Shown here in pieces: positions 47,201 through 59,200 of a stretch of DNA of 61,615 nucleotides. The stretch's first letter is position 1; every line of letters begins with the position of its first letter. The stretch is from the NCBI GenBank assembly GCA_051009015.1, contig JBPCWZ010000010.1, positions 1-61,615 of the forward strand. The letters are read 5' to 3'. The DNA is from Gammaproteobacteria bacterium. Lineage in GTDB: Bacteria > Pseudomonadota > Gammaproteobacteria > Tethybacterales > Persebacteraceae. The position numbers and the translations under genes are program-made. The notes below the pieces were generated by a model. The model saw only the letters and a program-made list of their open reading frames with translations. It searched no databases and had not been told where the DNA came from.

Positions 47201-50200
47201 GGCGACGGTGCGGGTGTTTGGCGGCAGTTTTGGCATCAGCATCGGCGACTATGCGACTTTGTCCGCCGGGGCGGCGGCGAAAGATTATGCTTATACGATG
47301 CGCATGAGCGCCGATACCGTCCCGCCTTTGCTGGATGCCCCGGGCATCGCCCCGCAAAGATGGAGTGTTGTGCCGATAGGGCAGATAGATTCCGAAAATG
47401 GAAAGTTCGCCCGCAACTTCGCCCTTTCCATTAATGCGGAAGGTTTGATTGACCGCACATTATTAACGGCGACATTGACGGCAAACGGCGGGGCGGCGGA
47501 TTATAAACCGCAAGCGCGCACCGTGTCGGTCTTCGTGCGCATTCCCGCCCCCCTGCGGGCGATTGTCGCGCCGCAGCGAAGCCAGATTGTCAGTAATGTG
47601 CTATCCACAATGCACATCCTCGGCGGTTTTGGCGAGCCCGGCTATCGTTATGACTTTTCCGCCGAACCGACCGCGCAGATATCCATCATCAGCCCGTCCG
47701 GCGCGTTGCGGTTTTTGACGGAGGGGATAATAACCGCAACTTTGCGCGCCGATGACGAATATCCCGGCACCGCTCCGGCTACTTTGATTATGACGGCGAC
47801 GGTGCAAGGCAATGTGTTTCCGGTGGTGACGGAATTAAGCACCCCCCTGAATCGCGTGTTCAGTTTGGGTATTGAACCGCGCGATGCCGTGCTGTTTTCC
47901 ATCCGCACGCCGTATACTGGTTTGAGAGCGGGGGCGGATATCTCGCCGCCCGCTTTTGTTATTAACACCGTCCGCTCTTTCAGTACCACCCCCGGCGCAG
48001 GCGATTCCTTTGTGGTCCGCTATGCGCCGGATGCATTGTTGTTTGGCCCGAGGACCGATATTGCCTATCTTACCCTGAGTTTGAACGCCGGAGGCGTAAG
48101 ACCGGCGACTTTGCGCCTGACGGTCAATGTTTTGCCGCCGCCGCCTTCGCTGCAGACGCTTATTGCTTTTTTGTCTTTGCCCTACGGCATCGGGCGGCAA
48201 ACGGCGGCGGCATTTCGCATCCACGGCGGTTTCGGGAGGTATTTTGTGGATTTGGGCGGCGATGAAAACGGGGCATATCCCGCGCCGCCCGATGTAGATC
48301 TTTTTGTCGCCGCCGATCTTGCCACCATCTATTACAACCCGCGCCAGCCGGAAGTATTGGCGCTGACTTTGCGGGTGGATGACGAAGACCCCGCATCGCC
48401 GCCGCTTGAACATTTGATAACCCTGCGGGCGTTGTCTCACTTGACTTTGTCGGTGCATCAATTTACCGCCAATGCGGCGAGCATTTTTTATGACGCGCAA
48501 CTTCTTGCCGGCAGCGAAGCGGGCGCGGTGTCGCTTGTGTTGTATAACGAAGCCAGCCCGCACGGGCGGGTTGTCGCCAACCGCTACCGCCATACGATAA
48601 CGGCAGCCGGCGTTTATGACTTCCGCCACACCATCGCGGCGCGGGCGGCAAACGGCGATGCGGCGGCGACCGTCCTCGCCGCCCGCGCAACTTTGCGCTC
48701 GGGCAATGCGCCGGTCCCCGGGCTTGCGCCGTTTTTGACATTGTCCGCGGTTGATAATGCCTACCCCTATTTGCGGCTTTCTTACGAAGAAAGCGACCCG
48801 GTGTTTATAGCGCGCGTTAGCGCGGTCGGCGTCAGCGCAAGAGTGTCGTATTTTAGAATCATCGGCGGCGGGCAGGGCTTTCCGCCGGCGGATGTCAATG
48901 GCTGGGAATACAGCGATAACACCGATACTTACGAGTTGAAAGTTCGCAGCAATCCCGGCAGGGGGACTTTTGACATTGACGGCAAACTGCGCGCCGAATG
49001 CGCCTGCAATGCCGATGTTGACATTGAAGTATTTGCGACCGATGCAAACGGCATCCGCTCCGCCCCCTTCACCGTCCGCCTTTACGGCAACAGCGGGCCC
49101 AGGTTGGATGTCATCGGCAAAGCCCTGACGCTGACCAAAGGCGCAAGCGGCTCGCCGACTTTGACTTTGCGCCTGCAGGGGGATGACCCCCGCCCCTACC
49201 GCTATTTCTATACTCCCGGTCTTTCGTCGGAGTTGTCGCCGGTCAATCTGTCGTCGTTTATGGGCTCTTCCGTCAGCGTCAATAATGGCATTGCCGTTTG
49301 GGTTTCGGCAAATGTGCCATCCAATGCCGCATCGTTCCGGCTAACCATCAGGCACCGCCTTAATTTTCCGCGGGTGGACGCAAACACGCTTCTTTTTGAC
49401 CATCCCGAAGACAGGGTTTATCCGCAGCGCACCGAAGAATACTTCCCGTCCGTGCCGGTCTTCTTTGTTGAAACTTCGCCGTTTTCGCTTGGCATTGTCG
49501 GCTCGCCAAACCGGCTGACCATAGCGCAATCGGGCGAACTATTCAATGCGCTGACGGTATCGGCAAGCGGCGGCGCGCCTTTTGCCGGCAACCAATACCA
49601 CTACCGCATCGTCCGAAACGGCATTACCGCATCCGGCGGCACGACTCGCAGCGATAGTTTTACCGCAACCGTCAACCGCCGCCAGTTGTCCGCCAGCATA
49701 GAAACCACTTTGGCGGTTGTCGCCGCGGATGTCGCCGGAGCAATGCGGACGGCGCAAATCTCCATCATCCGCGCCACAATAGCCAACAATCCCGCATGGC
49801 TTGCATCCGCCGCAACCATCAAAGCGGCGGCGGTCATAGATGGCAGTGTCATAACGCACCTTCGGGCTACAAGCGGCGCGCCGCCTTTTGGCTTCTCGGC
49901 GGTTAATGCCTTTGGCGGTTATTTTCATCTTAATGGCGAAGGCGAAGTGCGGCAACTTCTGCCCTATCCGCGCCCGGGCACGATATTTATCACGGCGGCG
50001 ATGAGTCATACCGGCGGCGGCGCCGATGTCCGCGGGCGGATAACCATTGTCGTTTTGCCGCGCGATATCAGCGTATCCTTTGACGCCGCGCGCGCCGATG
50101 GCAACTATGTCTATGCCGGAAGCGCCGCCGTCATCGGCAGCGTTAGCATTATTGCGCCGTCCAACTCCGGGGCTTTGCGGGCGCGCTTTGCCGCCCGCCC

Positions 50201-53200
50201 GGGCATCGGCGGCGCGCTCGGCGATGGCGGCGCGATATTAATCAGCGCCTTTCGTTTTGTCGGCGCGGGCGCACACGACATTACCATCATCGCCGACGAC
50301 GAGATAGCCGAAAGCGCGCCGGGCACGGCGGTTATTACCGTCAACTTCGCGCCGCCGCCGCGGCAGGTCAGCAGCCAAAGCACCGTGCAGGTCAACCGCT
50401 TCAGCCAGCGGTTTAATCCGCAGGAGGATTTTATTGACGGCGGTTTTGAGCCGTTTTCCATCAGCATTTTGTTCGCCCCGCCCGGCAGTCAGCAAAGCGA
50501 CGGCGAGATAGTCTATCCGGCACCGGCCCCCGGCACCGCCCGCTTTGGCATTGAACTGCGCGACAAACTCGGCACAAGGGCAACCGCCGATATCACCGTG
50601 CATATCCGTCAGGCGTTATCTTACGGGCGGGTTGATATCGCCCGCACCGTGTTTTATGCCGGCGCGCCGCCTTTGGTTGTCGTTTCGGTGGAGACGAGAG
50701 AGGGGAATCTGGATGCGGCTTTTGACGATTCACCGCCGATAAACGACTCGCGCATTCGCCTGCTGGATTTGGGCGAAACTTCGAGCGGCAACAACGGGTA
50801 TTCGGTGCTTGTCGGCTATCTGCAGCAGCGCGCACACACGCTTGTCATTCGCAATACCGCCCCCGACGGCGTATTTTTATACACTCTTGCCATTACCGCC
50901 GGAGCGTCCCTGCGCTTTACCGCGCCGACCATCGCCATAACCCTGACGGCAAACCGCCCGACGCCGGTCATTAACTTCAACTCCTATCTGCAAGCGGGCA
51001 TCGCGCCGTTCGGGTTGGCAAACGCCGATAACATTTCCATCATTCCGGATTTGACATTATCCATAAGATGGCAAAACGGCGCATCGTTTAATCTTAACGA
51101 CAATGTCGCTTTGTCGGCTACCATCCCGCAGCCGGAGGCGGCGGTAATTACAACGCCCGCTTCCCTGCAAGTTGTCGTCAATGACGGCAACGGCGGGAGC
51201 AGTTCGGTTTGGCTGCAATTCACCGTCGCCCCGCCGCCGATAACCGCTTTGGCAACTTCCTTCTCCCGCCTGCCGGTAGGAGAGCGGGCGACTGCCGCAG
51301 TTTTTGCCGCCAGCGGCGGGCATGTCTTTGCCGCCAGCGGCAGCCGTATCGCAAATCCTTATACTGCTGCCATAACATTCCCGCCGGCTGACAATGTCTT
51401 TATTATTGGCGAAACCCGGGGCGATGTGCGCGGGTCGGTTGCTTTTGCCCGCGCGCCATCCGAGCGCACGATAGTGGCAACTTTGATTGTTGATGATATT
51501 GACGATGCCCGCACAACGCCGGTGACTTCCTTGCTGACTTTGGATTTTGCCGCCGGAATGGTCGTCGGCGCGCCGCAAACACCGCTGACGGTAACAACAT
51601 ATTACGCAGCCGGAAGAGCCATCGGACAACTCGCCCCGGGCGGCAACTCCTATTCGCCCTATTCGTTTGCGGCGGAGGGCAGTGTTTTGCAACTGCCGCC
51701 GACTGCGGCGGGGGCTGTTGCGGTCAGGATAGGCACAAGTATCACAACCGCCCTTTCGCAAACCGTCCGTTATGTCGTATCCGACATTTCCGCCCCGCCG
51801 CGGCGGGTTGCCGGAAGCATTACCATCATCGCAATGCATCCGCCGTCCGTCACGGCGGCTTTTGAAAACCCGCCGCTATTTTTCGTTTTGCCGTCATTGA
51901 AACTGACTATCAGCGCATCGGGCGGTTTGTTTGGCGATATCGCCCCGAAAGAAGACGGCACCGGCGGCGGCAGGGCGGAATATTCCATTAGCGCGGTTGT
52001 CACCGCATCGGCAAATGCTTCCGCCGTGCCTGTTGCGACGGTTATCAACTTGTCATCATCCGCGCCGGGTTTGATATCAATGACCATCATCATCGGCGAT
52101 GCCCATCCGCACACACCGGCGGCGACCATTACCGGCGTTGTTGAAGGCGCGGAAGAGTTGGTATTGCTTTCCGTTGCGCCTTTCGCCCGCACATTGACAA
52201 CCGGGCAAAACAGCGCAACGGCATTATTAACCGCCGCCGTGCGCGGTGCCGTTTCGGGCATTGCCTACCGCCTTATCGGCGCGCCGTCCAACATTCGCAT
52301 CAACCCGCAAAGCGGCATTTTGGAAGTGCTGACGACTCCGCCTTCGCCGGGTGCGGATGTCATTACCATAATAGCGGACGACAGATACCGCTCGGTTTCG
52401 GCGGTGATGACATTGTCATATCTGGCAGAACCCCCCGCTTTGTTTGGCGCGATGTCGCCGCCGATTCCTTCGCATCTGACGGCATCCTATCGCGGGCGGC
52501 TGGTTGTAGGCGGCGGTTATTTGCAAGACGGCAATGCCTACCGCTTCGCAGTTTTACCAAACGACAAAGTAAGCATAGACGCCCTCGGCAGTGTGCATAT
52601 CTTCGGCTTGGGTGCGGTAAGGGCGACCATTACCGCCGATGACGATTTTGCCGGAACGCCGCCGGTTGTCGTGCCGGTATCTTTGCAAAGGGCAAATGCC
52701 GAGTTTGTTGAGTTTGTCTCGCATCCGACTTTGGAGGCGATAGCGGCGCGTCATCGTGGGGCGTTAATATCGGCGCGCTTTGGCATCAGCATTCTGGTTT
52801 CGGCAAACGCAGCGGGACACACCGAAGATTTGCGCAACTTGTCTTTTTACGCCCGCCCGCAAACGCTCTTTCAGGTCGGCGAGATATTCCCGCAAAGGAT
52901 TATCGCCGATGAAAACGGCAATGCGGTGCGCGAGGTTTTTGTCGCTTTGCGCCAGCCGCTGCCGCCGGGCTTGCACACCATTCGCATCGGCGCGGAAGAA
53001 ACCGGAGCCGGGGCGACAGCGGAAGAGTTCAACTTCCCCGAAGTGCGTTTGACGGCAAGCGCGGTTGTTTTGCCGTTTGCCTTGCAACCTTCGGTTTTGA
53101 CGGATATCCCCAACTCTTCGGCGACGATTATTTTGACGGCATCGGGCGGCGCGGGATATTACACAATAGGCACGGATGTCGCGGGGTCGTCAATCGTTTT

Positions 53201-56200
53201 TGTATCAAGCACCGTTGCCGCGGTTTATGAAGGTTCGCAAGTCGGCGCGAGCATAAGCATTGCGGTACAAAAAGCGACTTTGTATTTGCCGCCGGGAACG
53301 CCCGAAAGCACATTGACGGCATCGGTGCAAGTCAATGATATCTACGACACCGGCGCGCGCACATTCGCCCTTTCCCTGCGCCGTTCGGGCGAGATAACCG
53401 TGCGCATAATCAATCAATGGCCGATTAACTATCCGCCGCATGAGGCGCGGGATGGCAACAGGGACAATGATTATGCCAACCAGCGCGTAGCGATAGTGCA
53501 AGTGGACAAAGGTTTCGGGCGGCGGCGGATGACGGTGATACTTCGCGATTTTCTGGTCGGAGTGACGGCGGGATATGATGTCGCCGAAAGCGGCAGGGCA
53601 AGCATTACCGCCTATGCCGCCGTCACGGACGGCACCCCCTTCCCGCGCGATCAAATTATCAGGATTGCCGTTGTTGACGAAACCGGCGAGCGGGCGGAAT
53701 TGACATTTCCCGTAACGCTTGTACAAGGCGGGCGACCGCGGATAACTTCGCCGACTTTGGCATTGATAACCACCGGCGCCGCGCCGCGCGTATTACTGAC
53801 GGCAAATATCGCCGGTCAGCATTTGCCTTCCGTGCGCGCGCTCACCATTTTGGGCGGCGCGCGGCAGTTTATTACCACAAACATAACGCCGCCATCATTC
53901 ACCCGCGACACCGCCAACCATCTTTTTGGCGACACCACCGAAAGCGCGATGGCGGTCATCGGGCAGGTTTTTGCCGTCCCCCATCAAAGTTATCTTGACG
54001 CCCTGAACCTGCCGAACCTGGCGACATTCGCCATCATAGCGGCAAACACATTATCCCCGCCGATATTGTCATCGGCGACGATTATTGTCGCCGTCATTGA
54101 CCCGCTGGAAGTATTTATTGAGAATCCGCCTTCGCAAGTGACGGTCGGCGATGCCATTGTTGTACAAACGCGCGGCGGTTATCCGGGCATTAGCCTATCG
54201 CTATTGCAAAGCGGGGCGGGCGCGCGTCTTGAAGGCGGCAGTATCTTCTTCCAAAGCGGCGGCATATTATCGCTGACGATAATAGCCCGCGACAATCCGA
54301 CATCCGGCGCGCGGGCAACTGCGGCATATACCATATCGGTCGGTGCGCGGTTGTTTATACATGCGACTTCCCCGCAAACGGCATCATACAATCCCGCTAC
54401 CGCCAAATACCGCTATACGCTTTTTGCCGATGCCCCCGATATTCTGGCGGCGGGCGCGCTTTCACTTTTTGCCATTGGCAACTACGCCGGGCTTTCGTCA
54501 TCGGTCGGCGTGCTGCAAAGCAATGTCGGCGCGGCTTTCGCCCAACTCTTCCCGGACGAAGAAACGCGGCGCGATTACGCCCGCGAGATAATAGTCCATA
54601 CCATTGGCGATGCACCTTTGCCGCATCCGCAAGGGCTAATCCTGTCGGTCGGCGCCGGTTTGCCGCCGTTGTATCCGCCGGTGTGGCAGCATATCAGCAT
54701 TAGTTTGACGGCATCGCCGATAGTAGTTGATGCCAATGTCATCGCGCCGTTTTCATTAACTTCGGGGCATTACGGCGAGTCGCTGACGGTCGCCATCTTC
54801 GGCGTCAAAGGCGGAATATCCGGCAACAACGCCCGCCATAACTATGCAGTATCAACAGGCGGCGAAGGTTTCAGCGGCAAGGCAGACGATGACAAGCCGA
54901 TAATCCGCATAGTGCATTCTTTCTCCCCGCAAGCGGGAGAAGAAAACATTACGATAAGCGCATCGGTGCGCATTACCGTCAACGATGGCAACGGCAACTC
55001 GCTGGTGCAAAGTTTAAGCATAGTGCTGGCAAGCCCGATATCCATCACGGTAATACAGGAAAACATCCGCTTCACGGCTGGCATTTCCGGCGATTTATAT
55101 CAAATAAGCGCAAGCGGCGGCAGCGGCAATATAGAACTGCTGATACTGGACGGCAGTTTCAGACCGGCGATAGGCGAACTGCGGGCGACAACTTTCGCCG
55201 CCGCCGGAGAATATTTGATAACTCTGGAAGTCGGCGGAAGGGACGACATTTTGCGGGCGGGCAGCAACGCCTTCATTTTGGCAAACACAACAACCCTTTC
55301 GGTATCTGTCGTGCCGGTTGCAAATGTCGCCATTTCCGTCATTGGATTATTTGCGGCATTGCCAGTTTCGGCGCATCATCTGGTGGCATTAATAAGCGCA
55401 TCGGGCGGTTATGCCCCCGATGGTTATACCTTTGCGGCATCGGGCGATAATACCGCCATACAAATAGTAGCCGCCAGCAAGACGGCGGAAATCCGCGTAT
55501 CCATCAACAGCAGGGCGACAATAACCGTCATCGCCGATGACAATCTTGCCAAAGCATCGGCGGCGACTCTTGTAATAACCGTCATACCGGTAGCGGATGA
55601 TTCTTATGTAGTGGCGGTTTTGCCCGACGCCAGTTTCGGCGTGCCATTTGACCACGAGGAGAATATAACACTCGGGCGGTTATTCTCAAACGGCGGCTCC
55701 ATACCGCCATATCGTTATGGTCGCCTGTCCGGTCCCGCATACATTTCCGTCAATGCCGCAAGCGGCGAGATAATAGCGCTGCCGTCTTTCGGTTCTCCGC
55801 GCACGGTGCGGGCGGCGGTATATTCCACCGACGGCACAAACATCAGCGCGAGTTTGACAATAGAGATAGGATATATCATCCCGCCCGCCCCCTTGTCCGT
55901 TCACATTTCGGTAGCCCAATACATTACCATCGGGCGCGGCATCCCGATAAGCGCAAGCGGCGGGCACATCCCCGCCGGAAGGGATTATTCCTACCGCATA
56001 ACGCCAACTTCCCGGGCGAGTGTTGTGAGCATTGCCATCGGGCGGCAGCAAATAACATTCCTGCCATCTTTGGGCTTGGCAACGGCGACACTAATAGCAG
56101 CCGACAACTACATAACCCCCGCCGAAGCCACGGCATTTATCACAACACAAGTATTTGGCGAATACGGCGTTCAACCGCAGGGCGAAGTGGCAACGATACA

Positions 56201-59200
56201 TTCCCGCGCCGGTTTAACTTTGGGCAACATTACCATCAGCGCCCGGCACAGCATAGTATTACAAAACCCGCAAATACTGGTCAACTCCCCGACTCCGGGC
56301 GCCGAAGTATCACCGGACGGCGCGGCGATAGAAAGCGACGGCATTTACGAACGCATTTATCGTTTTGCCATACAGCCGACCCTGACACCGGGCGAGCACA
56401 GAATAACCGCCATCATCCGCGACAGGCAGGGCTCCTATTTCCCGGCGACAATGCGCTTTACGGCTATCATAACGGCGCAACCTCTGGCGGCGGCAATATC
56501 GCAGATATTATCGGTAAATGTCCCGCTCGGCGTGCCAAACATCACCGTCGCCGAGATAAGTTTAAGCGGCGGGCATGGCGACTATCTGCCTTTGTCTTCT
56601 CCCAACGGCGTCCGCTTTGTCGTCCAATCGCCGACGATAGCGCGGGTTGTCGTCGCCCCGCCGGTAGCGGGCGTCTACACGCTGACGATAATAGCAAACG
56701 ATTCCTATTCGCAACCGCAAACAATAAACCCCACAACAATAATAGATGCATTCCCGCAAGCGACGGCATTAATATCGCTGACGACTTACGACCACATAGA
56801 CGCCGCTTTGATATCGGCGCGTTTGGTAGCCCGAAGCGGAGTGCCGATAACACTCGGCTTTATCACCGTCGCCAGCGGCTTGCACATTGGCACACCCTAT
56901 TCGGTGCGCTTTTCCACTTTTGCCGACACCGGTTTCGGCGGCAGGCATCCGGACGGCGGCGCGGTAGACGAGCGCGGCGTTTATAGGACGACTCCGGGTT
57001 TCATCGGCAATAGGGTATATTCGGCTGAGGTTTCCGATGGCTTGCCGCAAACTCAGGATGCGACGGTAGCGGTAACAGTCCGGGTATTTGTTCCAAACCT
57101 CGCATTTGGCGGCATTATTTCGCCGTCCTTTGTGGAGTTGCCGTCAATAACGGCGGATATCACAGTCGCCACAGTCGGGATATACGGCGGCGGCGAACCA
57201 TACACCATTTCCGCCGTCCCCGCGGGCATAAACAACATCATTCTGGACGATATCGGCGATGACGGCTTGATGAAAGCGGTGCGTTTGCAATCGGGCATAA
57301 CTTCGCGCGTGCAAAAGATAGCATTTCACGGCGCGCAATTCGCAGACCAAAAGCGAACCTTAAACCTGACCATTTCCATCAACGGCAACATCACCCCCCT
57401 TTCCGCCGCGATATACGATGGCGACACTCCCCTCGGCGGCATTTATGTAGCGGGCGGCAATGCGCGGTTGAATCTTTCGGTCGGCGGCGGTTTTCTCCCG
57501 TATAGTTACAATATCCGCCCCCGCAGCCACGCCGCCATAGACGGCAACGGCAATATAAACCTCCTAACCCGCGGCGTATTTGTCATAACGGCAATAGCAA
57601 CAGACGCCGACAGGCAAAAGCCAAAAACAGCAACGGCGCTATTGACCGTCCAAGCCCGCGATGCCTTTGGTTTGGGCGCGCGGCGCGGGCTTTTGACAGT
57701 CCCCCGCGAAGTGATAGCGGCGGGCGACCCCGCTTTCATCTTCACCATCACGGCGACCAGATTATCCACAACGCCAAACGCCCAAAACGAAGGCAGCGAG
57801 GAGATATTTGACTTCACCCCGCGCACGATAAACGGCGAAGGATTCAGCAGTTGGGGGATACATCCGGCATCGGCATTTATAATCCCCGCAACCCGCACCA
57901 TTACCACATTCAAAAACGGAATCAGAGTAGTGCGAATCACATCAAACACCGGCGCCGGGCGTTATCTCGTAGTGCAAACCGTCCATGCCATCGGCGAAGA
58001 CCCCGGCATGCGCACATTGAGAATGTCCTTTATAGACAACGAACTACACGACCCCCTGACGGCATCTTTCACCATAGAAGTATCCGTAACCCCGCTGGCA
58101 TTTAATGTTTCACAAATCACCCTGCGCGCGCGCACGGGGCAACAATACACAACATCCTTCACCCTCGCCGGCGGTTATGACGACTTATCCCTCGCCCTTT
58201 CACACCCGACTTTGGATATCATCAAAGACGGCTTTTTCTTCCCCGCCACCACAAGCACAACAATAAGCATAATCTACGGCAACGCCCGCCAAAGCGGCGA
58301 CTACCGCTTTACGCTAACAGGCGATGACGACTCCGAAATAACCCCCCAGGCGACGATGATAGCGCAAATAATAAATATCGGCGCGTTGACCTTAAGCGTT
58401 ATCCGTCACGACCGGTTTATCGCCGTCAGCACAACGGCAACCGTTTTGCAAGCACAAATAAAAGACGGCGGCATAATCACAGTAGAATCCAACTTCGGCA
58501 GTTTGCAAACAACAATAACCGGCGCAACCCTAATAGCGCAAATAAGCGCAAGCATAAGCGGCGCGGGCGTCATATCGGTAATAATGACAAGCGCCTTTGA
58601 CGGCGCGCAGACGATAATCACATTCCCGTTCAGCGCAATATCAAACGACCTGCAAGCATCCGCCCCCGCCGCGCCCTTGTCGGTATACACCGGCGAGGCA
58701 AGCACAATATTGGCAACCATAAACATCATCGGCGCACAGCCCATAACGCCGTTCAGCCCGCAAAATGCTTTCGTGCGCATGGAAAGCAACGGCGAACTAA
58801 TCGCCACAAATGTCCCGGCGCAAGAGCAAACGACAACGGTGACTTATCGTATTGACGATAACGCGGAGCGCAGCATTTTCCTGTCAATAACAATCATAGC
58901 CGAAAACTTCCCCGAGCCGTTGGCTTTGCTCCTCCCCGCTTTTGACGAGCCGCAAAACATCGCCACCCGATACACCGCCGAATATCGCGGCGGCAGAGGC
59001 GAAAAGCGCGCAACAATCCACCCCCCGACCCCAAACATTTCCATCACACAGGGAGAAGACAGCGCACTAATAACCTTCGGCGTAACAGGCACAATAACGG
59101 CGACAATCTACGCCAACGACGAGCACCCTGCAACCGAAGAGTTGCGGCAGTTATACACAGCCCGCATATTCCATTATTATGGTTATGAACCAAGCACGGC